The notes below the pieces were generated by a model, which was not told the DNA's origin, made no database searches, and saw nothing but the letters and a program-made list of their open reading frames with translations. Source: Rhodospirillales bacterium (GTDB taxonomy: Bacteria > Pseudomonadota > Alphaproteobacteria > Rhodospirillales > UBA2165). From it: DNA of 64,000 bases. The translations under genes were made by a program, and so were the position numbers. Position 1 is the first letter of the stretch. The number at the start of each line of letters is the position of its first letter. Below, piece after piece: positions 19,884 through 28,971 of this stretch. The DNA lies in assembly GCA_965221855.1 (NCBI GenBank), contig CBDCSV010000005.1, forward strand, positions 355,577 through 419,576, in the 5' to 3' direction.

Positions 19884-20525
19884 CTATATTTTATTGAAGA
19901 GTTGGGCGAGTCGGGGGACAAAGCGGGTAAATTTCAGCGGAGCATCCGTGACCGCGAGACAAACACAGTCCTCGCCGCGTCCAGCGATCGGTGTATGGAT
20001 CAGGGCTTCGTCGGCGTCCTCCATATCGCCCCGGCCAAACGAGCCGGTGTGATCATGAAAACTGCCACTCAGCACCAGGGTCAGTTCCCGGCCACGGTGC
20101 CCGTGTTCCGGTACCGGCCGGCCTTCCGGGATCAGCAGAAGCCGGGCTTGAGCCAAATCACTCGTGGACAGCAGATGTTGATAGGTCCCGCCGCCACTTG
20201 ATTTCCAAGGTATTTTGTCCATGTCGCCGCCGATATAGCCGCGCAGCGGTTCGGGCAAGATAGCCCTTTCCGGCGCTGTGGGTTCATGTGCCTCGAGCGG
20301 CGCCTCATCGAGCCGGGTGAGCAAATCCTCAAGGGAGCCGGCGGACATTGTTTCAGCAGGTGTTTCGTCCAAGAGAACACCGCCAATGTGCTCCGCGGCG
20401 GCAACGGCCTCTCGGCAAACCGGGCACAACGCCAAATGGGTGGCGATCGCCACACTCCAGCTTTCCCCCAATGAGCCGGCTGCGTAGCTCAACAAAAGAT
20501 CGTCACCGGGATGGTGCGCAATCAT
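19884..20525 (-). CDS. chrR: Anti-sigma-E factor ChrR
   Basis: HHP..DLLLSYAAG; ZAS motif ATHLALCPVCR; cupin PEHGHRGRELTLVLSGSF, HTP, CVCL; ATGA overlap with rpoE. Confidence 0.95.
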   Translation of the reverse strand: MIAHHPGDDLLLSYAAGSLGESWSVAIATHLALCPVCREAVAAAEHIGGVLLDETPAETMSAGSLEDLLTRLDEAPLEAHEPTAPERAILPEPLRGYIGGDMDKIPWKSSGGGTYQHLLSTSDLAQARLLLIPEGRPVPEHGHRGRELTLVLSGSFHDHTGSFGRGDMEDADEALIHTPIAGRGEDCVCLAVTDAPLKFTRFVPRLAQLFNKI

Positions 20526-21073
20526 GATTCAGTCCTCAACATTGGCCTTAATTTTGAGAAGGACAGCCTTAGCCTGGATTTTACCGTCCCCAATGGTAAA
20601 TCCAAACGATCCGCTATTTCCTGGTGGGATAGCCCCTCGACGAATGACAGCTGAACCGCGATCCGCTGCTCTTCCGGCAACCTCGTGAGGCATTTCCGAA
20701 CCCTGGCCGCCTGATCGTTCGCCTCCAACTGATCATCCGCCATCGGTTCCGCGGCGGGGATCAAGGCGGGATCGTTGGGGTCAAGTTCGGGGCGCTTCTC
20801 GCTTCGGAACCGATCGATCCGAAGGTTCCGGGCAATAGCAAAAATCCAGGTCGATGCGGCGGCCTTGGCTGGATCAAACAGATGGCTCTTCCGCCAGACA
20901 GACAGCATCGCTTCCTGTGCCAATTCCTCGGCCGTGTGCGGATCCGTTCCCAAGCGCAGCATCAGAGACTTGATACGCGGCGCAAAATGCTCAAAGAGAT
21001 CGGCAAAAGCCCGCTTGTCCTGCGTTTCAGCAATTTTGCCAAGCAACGCGTTGAATCGGTTTGCTTCGGTCAT
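20522..21073 (-). CDS. rpoE: ECF sigma factor RpoE (ChrR-paired)
   Basis: AEELAQEAMLSVWRKSHLFDPAKAAASTWIFAIARNLRID, LPLGTVKSRLRL; start 21073, alternative ATG 21178. Confidence 0.93.
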   Translation of the reverse strand: MTEANRFNALLGKIAETQDKRAFADLFEHFAPRIKSLMLRLGTDPHTAEELAQEAMLSVWRKSHLFDPAKAAASTWIFAIARNLRIDRFRSEKRPELDPNDPALIPAAEPMADDQLEANDQAARVRKCLTRLPEEQRIAVQLSFVEGLSHQEIADRLDLPLGTVKSRLRLSFSKLRPMLRTES

Positions 21074-21220
21074 GTCCTTGGAGTTGCGATCAGGATTTGC
21101 TTTTTCGGAAGCAGCGCCAGGACGGGCGGCACGCGGCAGAATAGCACCGGAGGCCGGATTGGGATACCGGCCGTCCATCGGGGCGCTGTTCAGAGCTAAC
21201 GCCACTGTCATACCCCCGTT

Positions 21221-21246
21221 TACGCCGTCATGCGCAAGCCGGATCA
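21221..21246 (-). promoter_or_regulatory. RpoE-dependent promoter for rpoE-chrR
   Basis: Minus strand TGATCC-ggcttgcgcatgacgg-CGTA (N16). Confidence 0.75.
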
Positions 21247-21268
21247 CCGCGAGGAGTCGACAATTGAC

Positions 21269-21294
21269 TGATCCGTTTTCGTCCTCTTGACGTA
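21269..21294 (+). promoter_or_regulatory. RpoE-dependent promoter for the ufaD-like operon
   Basis: Plus strand TGATCC-gttttcgtcctcttga-CGTA (N16). Confidence 0.75.
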
Positions 21295-21340
21295 AAACTC
21301 AGCAAATTTGTGCCGATTACGTCTTCTCGTCTGGAAACCC

Positions 21341-22699
21341 ATGAATCACATCTATCCTATTTCCGGCAGCCGCCCAGGACATCGGCTCGACATTGCCGTT
21401 GTCGGGTCCGGCATTGCCGGTATGTCGGCGGCCTGGCTGTTGAGCCAAGGGCACAACGTGACCGTCTACGAGAAGGAGGGCCGTGTTGGCGGGCATTCGA
21501 ATACGGTGGATGTCCCCGGCATTAACGGACCGCAGCCCGTGGACACGGGATTTATCGTCTACAATGAGGTCAATTACCCCAACCTTGTCGCCCTGTTCGA
21601 CCACCTGGAAGTCCCGACCAAGCCCACCAATATGTCGTTTTCGGTCTCCATTGATGGCGGTCGTCTGGAGTATGGCAGCGCTGGTGCCAACGCCGTAGTC
21701 GGGCAACGGTGCAACATCGTCAAGCCTAGATTTTGGCGGATGATCACAGAAATCCGGCGCTTTTATGCCGAGGCTAAAGCCTATCTCGATGCCGATATAT
21801 TCGATCCCGACCAAACCCTCGGGGAATTTCTCGACATCAGGGGCTACGGTCGGGAATTTTCGGAACTGTTTATCCTCCCGCTCGGCGCCGCGATTTGGTC
21901 GACGAAGCCGGTGGAGATGCGGGCTCAGCCGGCTATAACCTTCCTTCGATTCTTTGCCAGCCATGGCCTCCTTGCATTTGAGGGCGGCATCAAATGGCGA
22001 ACCGTCGACGGCGGCAGCCGGGAATACGTCAACCGGCTGACGGCAGGTTACGCCGAGCGGGTCAACGTGGGCGCAGGCGTAAAGTCCATATCCCGGTTCC
22101 CGGGCGGGGTCGAGATCTGGGATGCGGCGGGCAATCTCAATCATCACGATCACGTCGTCATTGCGGCTCACGGAGATGAAGCATTTGCCATGCTGCGAGA
22201 TGCAGATTCACTGGAGTCCGGCATACTCGGACAGTTTCGATACACAGACAATGAGGTGGTGCTGCACACGGATGAGCGGCTGATGCCAAGGCGCCGCCGT
22301 GTCTGGTCAAGCTGGAACTACAAAGGCGCCGTAGAGGATGGCGTCAGTGTCACCTACTGGATGAATTCCCTGCAGGGAATCGACCCGTGTTCGCCTTTGT
22401 TCGTCTCTGTCAATCCGAAGATCGAACCTGATCATCGGAAGGTCTTGCGGACATTCCGATATCAACATCCGTTTTTCGACGTTGGCGCCTGGACCGCCCA
22501 GCGCCGATTGTGGGAACTCCAGGGGCGGCGCAATACGTGGTTTTGCGGAAGCTACTTCGGCTACGGCTTTCACGAAGACGCATTGCAATCGGGCCTCGCG
22601 GTAGCCGAAGATTTGGGCGGCATCCGGCGGCCCTGGTCGGTGGCCAACGAGTCCGGCCGAATTTACCGTCTACCCGGAGTGCTTCAGGAGGCAGCGTGA
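21341..22699 (+). CDS. FAD-dependent oxidoreductase/desaturase, UfaD (RSP_1091)-like
   Basis: IAVVGSGIAG, GGHSNT, VDTGFIVYNEVNYPNL, WSSWNY, YGFHED; standard partner of DUF1365 and cfa. Confidence 0.88.
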   Translation: MNHIYPISGSRPGHRLDIAVVGSGIAGMSAAWLLSQGHNVTVYEKEGRVGGHSNTVDVPGINGPQPVDTGFIVYNEVNYPNLVALFDHLEVPTKPTNMSFSVSIDGGRLEYGSAGANAVVGQRCNIVKPRFWRMITEIRRFYAEAKAYLDADIFDPDQTLGEFLDIRGYGREFSELFILPLGAAIWSTKPVEMRAQPAITFLRFFASHGLLAFEGGIKWRTVDGGSREYVNRLTAGYAERVNVGAGVKSISRFPGGVEIWDAAGNLNHHDHVVIAAHGDEAFAMLRDADSLESGILGQFRYTDNEVVLHTDERLMPRRRRVWSSWNYKGAVEDGVSVTYWMNSLQGIDPCSPLFVSVNPKIEPDHRKVLRTFRYQHPFFDVGAWTAQRRLWELQGRRNTWFCGSYFGYGFHEDALQSGLAVAEDLGGIRRPWSVANESGRIYRLPGVLQEAA

Positions 22700-23499
22700 T
22701 GTGCCGTGGGTCGGGCATTTATTTCGGTGAGGTCGTTCACCAGAGAATGCGGCCAAAGAAACACCGCCTCCGTTACAAGGTGTTTTCGCTTCTCCTCGAC
22801 CTCGACGACCTCGAGCCCGTTTCCGAACGATCAAGTATGTTTGGATTTAACCGGCCGGCATTCTTTTCGATCCATGACGCCGATCACGGTGACGGCCAAG
22901 GTATCCGGCGCTGGGTCGAGCGCCAATTGATGACGAGCGGACTTGGCGAGTCGTCGCACCAGATTCTGATGCTGACCTACCCACGGATTCTCGGTGATGT
23001 CTTCAATCCGTTGACCGTGTTCTTTTGCTACAAGCCCGGCGGTAACCTGGGTGCGGTGATCCACGAGGTTCACAACACTTTCAAGGAGCGGCACGCCTAC
23101 ACCCTGCCTGTGAAAGCCGGCGGGAAAGAAATTGTCCGACAGGGGAGTCGCAAGGAATTCTACGTGTCTCCGTTTATACCCATGGATTGCTCTTATGATT
23201 TTCGGATCCAGCCGCCGGGTGACAAGGTCCGCGTCGTCATTCGCGAAGAGGACCGTGAAGGCTTGCTCTTGGTTGCTGCCTTCAGCGGCGATCGCAGACC
23301 CCTAACCGACGCCAATCTCCTGAAAGCGGCTTTCAAGTATCCGTTGATGACCCTCAAGGTGGTGATCGGCATCCACTGGGAGGCTGTTCGTTTGTTCTTG
23401 AAGGGAGCGCCCCATTTTCCCCACAGTCCGACCGGGAAATCATCCAAGGCCCGGTCCGCGAGCCCACACGTGGATCCGATTCTCCGGACTTCGAAATAG
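22699..23499 (+). CDS. DUF1365 family protein, UfaO (RSP_1090)-like
   Basis: HQRMRPKKHRLRY, PRILG.VFNPLTVFFCY, EVHNTF.ERHAY, KEFYVSPF, IHWEA..LFLKG. Confidence 0.9.
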   Translation: MCRGSGIYFGEVVHQRMRPKKHRLRYKVFSLLLDLDDLEPVSERSSMFGFNRPAFFSIHDADHGDGQGIRRWVERQLMTSGLGESSHQILMLTYPRILGDVFNPLTVFFCYKPGGNLGAVIHEVHNTFKERHAYTLPVKAGGKEIVRQGSRKEFYVSPFIPMDCSYDFRIQPPGDKVRVVIREEDREGLLLVAAFSGDRRPLTDANLLKAAFKYPLMTLKVVIGIHWEAVRLFLKGAPHFPHSPTGKSSKARSASPHVDPILRTSK

Positions 23500-23511
23500 G
23501 CAGGGCAGGCC

Positions 23512-24759
23512 ATGTCCATCGCGTTACGCCGCCTTCAACTCAAACTCCCCATACCGGGCTTCCTGCGCATTGCGGCGCTGAACAAGGCGGCGACAGAAAG
23601 AATATTCCGTCAGCTCGCGTGCGACCTGGATGCCGGCGGCATTGCCTTCCAGTTCGACGACGGGCACCGGATCGACTGCGGCAGCGATGAGCCGGGATCA
23701 CAGGCCGTGATGAACATCCATTCCCTGCATGCCGTGCGCCGGCTGGTGACCGGGGGCTACGTGGGTTTGGCCGAAGGCTATATGGCCGGCGACTGGACCA
23801 CCCCCTCATTGCCGGAGTTGTTTGATTTCGGGACCGCCAACCGGGCCTCTCTCGACCGCACATTGTCGGGCAGCCTGACCGCCCGGTTGGCGCACGCCTT
23901 CAGTCATGGCCAGCGCCGCAATAGCCGATCGGGCAGCCGGCGCAATATCGCCGAGCACTACGATCTCGGGAACGATTTTTTCGAGATTTGGCTCGACCCG
24001 TCAATGACCTATTCCTCGGCGCTATATCTTGGCGAAGACGGCGAGACCTTGTTCGACGCACAGCGGAACAAGTACCGCCGGATCGTCAAGGAACTGAACA
24101 TCCAGCCGGGCGAGACGGTTCTCGAAATTGGCTGCGGCTGGGGCGGTTTCGCCGAATTTGCCGCCCGAGAAGCCGGCGCCCATGTGATAGCGATTACCGT
24201 GTCCCGGGAGCAGCACGATTACGCGGAACGCCGTATGTCGGATGCCGGGTTGAGTAAACGTGTCGACGTCGTCCTGGTCGATTACCGAGATGTGGCAGGC
24301 CGGTTCGATCATGTGGTGTCCATAGAAATGCTGGAGGCCGTCGGCCAACAATATTGGCCGGCTTACTTCAAGGCGGTGGCAAACTGTCTGCGCGCCGGCG
24401 GCAGCGCGATGATCCAGGTGATCGTCGTTCCCGATGACCGGTTCGAGAGCTACAGGAATTCGGTTGATTTCATTCAGCGCTACATTTTCCCGGGCGGCAT
24501 GCTCATGAGTCCCGGCAAGATTGCCGAACATGGAAATGCGGCGGGTTTGACCGTCGATGACGTCCACATGTTCGGCTGGTCCTATTCGCGGACGCTGGAT
24601 GCTTGGGCGAGCGTGTTTGAAAAACGGTGGGCAGACATCGAGTCCCTGGGATTTGACGACCGGTTCAAGCGGATGTGGGAATACTATCTTGCCTACACGT
24701 CCGCCGGATTTCGCGCCGGAATCATCGACCTCGGGCAGTTTCGTCTGATCAAGGGCTAA
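23512..24759 (+). CDS. cfa: Cyclopropane-fatty-acyl-phospholipid synthase family SAM methyltransferase (UfaM/CfaS-like)
   Basis: NIAEHYDLGNDFF..WLDPSMTYSS, LEIGCGWGG, SIEMLEAVG, DFIQRYIFPGG, RMWEYYL. Confidence 0.92.
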   Translation: MSIALRRLQLKLPIPGFLRIAALNKAATERIFRQLACDLDAGGIAFQFDDGHRIDCGSDEPGSQAVMNIHSLHAVRRLVTGGYVGLAEGYMAGDWTTPSLPELFDFGTANRASLDRTLSGSLTARLAHAFSHGQRRNSRSGSRRNIAEHYDLGNDFFEIWLDPSMTYSSALYLGEDGETLFDAQRNKYRRIVKELNIQPGETVLEIGCGWGGFAEFAAREAGAHVIAITVSREQHDYAERRMSDAGLSKRVDVVLVDYRDVAGRFDHVVSIEMLEAVGQQYWPAYFKAVANCLRAGGSAMIQVIVVPDDRFESYRNSVDFIQRYIFPGGMLMSPGKIAEHGNAAGLTVDDVHMFGWSYSRTLDAWASVFEKRWADIESLGFDDRFKRMWEYYLAYTSAGFRAGIIDLGQFRLIKG

Positions 24760-26124
24760 ATGCCCGCAGGCGCCAAATCCATTGGCGGCGAGACCTGGCG
24801 CAATCTCCGATACGGCGCGGCCGCGTTCGCCCTGGGGATGCCGACCATCCCGCTGCTCGTTCACCTGCCCGCCATCTATGCCGCAGAACTCGGCATCGGG
24901 CTCACGGCAACCGGCGTCGCCCTATTCATCGCCCGGATATTCGATGTTGTCTCTGATCCGCTGATTGGCGTCGCCTCTGACCGATTGAATACCCGGTGGG
25001 GACGGCGCAAACCCATCATCCTGGCCGGCGGGATTATCGGGGCGCTTGGGACGGTCTTGCTCCTTAATCCCGGGAGCGGTATCGGCGCCGCCTACTTGGC
25101 GATTTGGACGTCCGTACTCTATCTCGGGTGGACAATGATCAACATCCCCTACTTGGCCTGGGGAGCGGCCTTGTCCCCCGATTATGTCGGGCGCACCCGG
25201 ATCACCTCGGTCCGGGAGGGCTTCATGCTGGGAGGCATTGTTGTGGCCGGCGCCATACCCGCCGTGGCTGCGACCTTGGGCTTTGGGGAACGCGAGGCTT
25301 TGGCCCTAATCGGCTGGGGGGTGGTCGGGGCCGGGGCTATTTTGTTTGCGGTCTTGCTGATTGGTGTTGATGAGCCACCCCCGCCGCCCAGCCATCGCAC
25401 CGAACCCCCCTGGCCGGCACTCAAAGGCATGTTTGCGAACAAGCCCTTTCGGCTCTTGGTGGGCGGCTGGTTCGTCAACAGCTTGGCCAACGGCATTCCC
25501 GCGGCGCTGTTCATATTGTTTATGACCTTTGTGCTTGAAGCGGATGAGCTGCAACGGGGAATTCTGACATTTGTCTACTTTGTCGCAGGCGTCGTCGGCA
25601 TTCCGTTTTGGCTCTGGTTGAGCGGGCGTATCGGGAAACACATTACTTGGTGTGTTTCAATGGGCATCGCCTGCATCGCCTTTGCTTTCGTACCTTTATT
25701 GGGAGCGGGCGATATCACCGCCTTCTTCGTGATCACGCTGGTTACGGGCGTGACTCTGGGCGCCGATTTGGCGATCCCGCCCTCCATGCAGGCCGATGTC
25801 GCCGAGTATGAGATCTTCCGGTCCCGCCGCGACAGGACGGGCCTGCTCTTCTCGTTTTGGAGCATGACCACCAAGTTCGCGGTTGCTTTTTCGGTATTGA
25901 TCGCACTGCCGACGTTGGAAGCACTCGGTTTCCGAACCGACGCGGATGGCGGTCCTCAAAACCTGCTGGCCCTATCGGTGATCTATACCGGCGTGCCGGT
26001 CGTACTAAAAATTACCTCTATCGCCATCATTTGGCGCCACCCCCTAACCGCGGAGAAACAGGGGATTGTGAGGCGGCGGCTGAGCGTGTTGGAGGCAAGA
26101 GGGACTGAACTCATTGGGTCATGA
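24760..26124 (+). CDS. MFS transporter, GPH/MelB-like
   Basis: About 12 TM helices; ARIFDVVSDPLIG..SDRL.TRWGRRKP, IPYLAWGA. Confidence 0.88.
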   Translation: MPAGAKSIGGETWRNLRYGAAAFALGMPTIPLLVHLPAIYAAELGIGLTATGVALFIARIFDVVSDPLIGVASDRLNTRWGRRKPIILAGGIIGALGTVLLLNPGSGIGAAYLAIWTSVLYLGWTMINIPYLAWGAALSPDYVGRTRITSVREGFMLGGIVVAGAIPAVAATLGFGEREALALIGWGVVGAGAILFAVLLIGVDEPPPPPSHRTEPPWPALKGMFANKPFRLLVGGWFVNSLANGIPAALFILFMTFVLEADELQRGILTFVYFVAGVVGIPFWLWLSGRIGKHITWCVSMGIACIAFAFVPLLGAGDITAFFVITLVTGVTLGADLAIPPSMQADVAEYEIFRSRRDRTGLLFSFWSMTTKFAVAFSVLIALPTLEALGFRTDADGGPQNLLALSVIYTGVPVVLKITSIAIIWRHPLTAEKQGIVRRRLSVLEARGTELIGS

Positions 26125-26726
26125 ATATGCGCCTGCCGACGGTACTCATTGCACTATTTTTCCTGGCGGCGCTAACCGGATGTAAAGCGATGAAACCGAG
26201 TGATTTCGCGAGTTCGAAACCGAAGTTTGTACTGGAGGAGTACTTCGCCGGGAAAACGCAGGCATGGGGATTGTTCGAAGACCGATTCGGGAAAGTCCGC
26301 CGGCAGTTCGTTGTCGAAATAGACGGCGCTTGGGATGGCGAAATCCTTACTCTCGACGAGCACTTTGATTGGAGCGATGGCGAGAAGTCTTTCCGCCAGT
26401 GGCGAATCAAGAAGACTGCCGACGGCCGATATGAGGGCCAGGCCGACGACGTCATTGGCGTGGCGACGGGCATCGCCGAGGGCAATGCGCTCAACTGGTC
26501 CTACATTCTCGATCTGGAGACCGGTGGGAACAAAACCATGAAAGTCAAGCTGGACGACTGGATGTTCCTCCAGCCGGGCGGTGTGCTGCTCAACCGGGCG
26601 CGAATGAGCAAATTCGGGATCGAGCTCGGTCAGGTGACTATCTCGTTTACCAAACCCGGGGGCTCTCAGGCTGGCGTCAATCCCCGGCAGCCTTCCGCCG
26701 AAACCACTTCAGTAGCGGCCCAATAA
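26121..26726 (+). CDS. DUF3833 family lipoprotein
   Basis: Lipobox LTGC; EYFAGKTQAWGLFEDRFG, LDEHF.WSDG, DDWMFLQ, NRARMSKFG. Confidence 0.88.
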   Translation: MNMRLPTVLIALFFLAALTGCKAMKPSDFASSKPKFVLEEYFAGKTQAWGLFEDRFGKVRRQFVVEIDGAWDGEILTLDEHFDWSDGEKSFRQWRIKKTADGRYEGQADDVIGVATGIAEGNALNWSYILDLETGGNKTMKVKLDDWMFLQPGGVLLNRARMSKFGIELGQVTISFTKPGGSQAGVNPRQPSAETTSVAAQ

Positions 26727-27102
26727 CCGGGAAACGGCTGTATAGCTGGGACGCTGCGTCCCAATATTCTTCCTGTCTCAGTACCTTGCCGGCCCGGTCA
26801 AAGGTCAGGCGTGTCACACCTTCGACCGACCACGGCTTGCCGCCGAGAACGCCTGTGAGCGTCCAACGGAAAAAGACGGCATCGCCATCAACGGCATGGC
26901 TGTCGACAACGAATACCACATCGCCCACCGTTTCGAACATTCGGGCCAGGACCGCCCGCATCTCCGATAGGCCGTGGACTTCATGCAGCGGATCCCGGAA
27001 TACGACGTTCTCCGCCACGAACTCACCGAGAGAGGGCAGCCCGTCCACCGTCAATTCTTCAAGGTAGGTCTTGTAGCGATCGAAAGCCGTCTTCGGATCC
27101 AT
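26677..27102 (-). CDS. SnoaL/NTF2-like family protein
   Basis: VVFRDPLHEVHG, GVTRLTFD..GKV..QEEYWDAA..LY..FPVIG; 3' end overlaps the DUF3833 gene by 50 bp. Confidence 0.85.
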   Translation of the reverse strand: MDPKTAFDRYKTYLEELTVDGLPSLGEFVAENVVFRDPLHEVHGLSEMRAVLARMFETVGDVVFVVDSHAVDGDAVFFRWTLTGVLGGKPWSVEGVTRLTFDRAGKVLRQEEYWDAASQLYSRFPVIGPLLKWFRRKAAGD

Positions 27103-27103
27103 G

Positions 27104-27859
27104 TCAGCCCCCAATCATTCGCCGGGTGATGGCGAAGTAGATGCCGTAGGGCAAACACCGTCCGATTTTTAGAAGGTAGGCGAACCGGCGCGGCATGGTG
27201 ATTTCGAACTGCCCTCGTTCCAGACCCTTGATGATGCGCCGGGCTGCCGTGTCGGGCTCCATGAGAAACGGCATTGGAAATTCGTTCCTTTCGGTTAACG
27301 GCGTTCGGACAAATCCGGGATGCACGATCGAGAGAGTGATCCCGAGTTGCTCCAATTCCGGGCGCAATGCCTCGCCCATGTTCGTCAATGCCGCTTTGGA
27401 TGCGCCGTAGGCGCTTGCCATCGGCAGGCCGCGATAAGCCGTCAGCGAAGAGACAATCGCAATGCGGCCTCGGTGGCGCGGCTTCATCGCCTCAATAACC
27501 GGCGCGAGGCAGTTGACGGTACCCATGACATTTATGTCGATCTGGTCGCGAAAATTTTCGACGGTGAAATCTTCGGCGCCGAACCGGATGTAGGTGCCGG
27601 CATTGAGAACGGCGAGGTCGAGAGGTCCGATGTCCCGCTCGATGGTTCCAACCAGCGCGGCCATTCTTGATTCATCGGAAACATCGGCCGCACAGGGAAT
27701 AATCTCGCCCGACATGGCCTGACAATCGGACTTGAGGGCCTCGAGATCCGATGCGGTGCGTGCGCTTACCGCCACGCGCCAACCCTTCTCGGCGAGTTGC
27801 ATGGCGACATGCTGGCCCAAGCCTTTTCCAGCGCCGGTGATCCAGGCCACTTTGCTCAT
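27104..27859 (-). CDS. Short-chain dehydrogenase
   Basis: WITGAGKGLG, NAG, YGASKAA, PGFVRTPLT.RNEFPMPF. Confidence 0.9.
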   Translation of the reverse strand: MSKVAWITGAGKGLGQHVAMQLAEKGWRVAVSARTASDLEALKSDCQAMSGEIIPCAADVSDESRMAALVGTIERDIGPLDLAVLNAGTYIRFGAEDFTVENFRDQIDINVMGTVNCLAPVIEAMKPRHRGRIAIVSSLTAYRGLPMASAYGASKAALTNMGEALRPELEQLGITLSIVHPGFVRTPLTERNEFPMPFLMEPDTAARRIIKGLERGQFEITMPRRFAYLLKIGRCLPYGIYFAITRRMIGG

Positions 27860-27886
27860 AAGCCGTCTCTCAGCGCGGGAGCCAGA

Positions 27887-28552
27887 CTAAAGGCCACATT
27901 TTCGGCATTCGTACTCGATTTTCGAGCCGTCTTTGGCGACGAATTTGAATTTCACCCAACGACCGCGGTCATCATACCAGACCGTCGGGTTGACGTCGCC
28001 GCGATAGACGAACCTTGTCGCGGAAATCGCCTTGCCCTGGGCTGTGATCGTTTCCCGGCCTTCATTGGTAATCTTCACCTCCGCCAGGGAACCGTTCAGG
28101 GTATCGATCACCTGTCTGGATCCGATGATCCCGGGGTTCCAGTGATTGGTCGGGAACAGGTCGGCGGCGGCCACGACGACGCCCTCCGGACCCTCGACCC
28201 TCAGGCCGTCCTCCGATGTCACGATCCTGACCTCGCTGATCTCGCCGTCATCGTTCTGTTTCGAGTTCAGTTGGACCAACAGACCATCACGCCATATGGC
28301 GTCGGACCGGTAGTCGTACCGATAGATGGTGATGCCGAGAAATTTGACGGCAAGCTCAAGCGCCACACCGACTTTGACCGATTGATCGGGGGTTGTCTTG
28401 AACGTCACGGTCTGCGTCCCGACCCGGGTACCATTTCGTGTGACGTCAAAGACAATCCGCTCGCCATAGAGGGCAAATGGATCAGCAAGGGACACCACCT
28501 TTGCCGACACCGGCGTTGCGCCGGCCAGGAATGCGCTAAGGATCCCGGCCAT
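27887..28552 (-). CDS. DUF6134-like exported protein
   Basis: Signal-like N-terminus; FDVTRNGTRVG, YRYDYRSDAIW.DG.L, PTNHWN, WYDDRGRWV. Confidence 0.7.
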   Translation of the reverse strand: MAGILSAFLAGATPVSAKVVSLADPFALYGERIVFDVTRNGTRVGTQTVTFKTTPDQSVKVGVALELAVKFLGITIYRYDYRSDAIWRDGLLVQLNSKQNDDGEISEVRIVTSEDGLRVEGPEGVVVAAADLFPTNHWNPGIIGSRQVIDTLNGSLAEVKITNEGRETITAQGKAISATRFVYRGDVNPTVWYDDRGRWVKFKFVAKDGSKIEYECRKCGL

Positions 28553-28623
28553 GCCAAGATTTGTGCGGAATGATATGGGCAAGCCCGAAGCGTCCAAATT
28601 GAATTGCGACTAGGTATTTTCAA

Positions 28624-28649
28624 TACGCATTCTGAGAATAAGCGGATCA
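28624..28649 (-). promoter_or_regulatory. RpoE-dependent promoter for the DUF6134-SDR-SnoaL operon
   Basis: Minus strand TGATCC-gcttattctcagaatg-CGTA (N16), same spacing as the two sites at 21221-21294. Confidence 0.72.
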
Positions 28650-28742
28650 ATCGGGGCTCGCGGTCAATTGGATTGCATCGCCGGGGTGAGGTTCTAAATT
28701 TCATCCGAACGCATGATGTCGGCGGGTTGGAGGAGATTGGAA

Positions 28743-28913
28743 ATGACTCGGGCTCTGGTCGCGAGGTTCCTGGCGATTGCCCTGGGCGCGGCGCCGGCGT
28801 CGGCCGATCCGGTCGAAGCCACGGTGAATATCGAGAAGCGCAAGGTCGTCGGCGAGCGGGTCAGTCGCGTCAAGCAGGGCGACGAGGTCACTATTTGCTT
28901 CAACGAGGCATGA
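28743..28913 (+). pseudogene. N-terminal stub of a secreted, possibly cupredoxin-like protein
   Basis: GGAG RBS; signal peptide ending ASA; VKQGDEVT motif; stops after 56 aa next to an IS relic. Confidence 0.35.
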
Positions 28914-28971
28914 CCGGGCTTTAGCACCACTGATCGGCGAGTGCCGGTTCCTTCAGGAAGAGCATTGGTGT

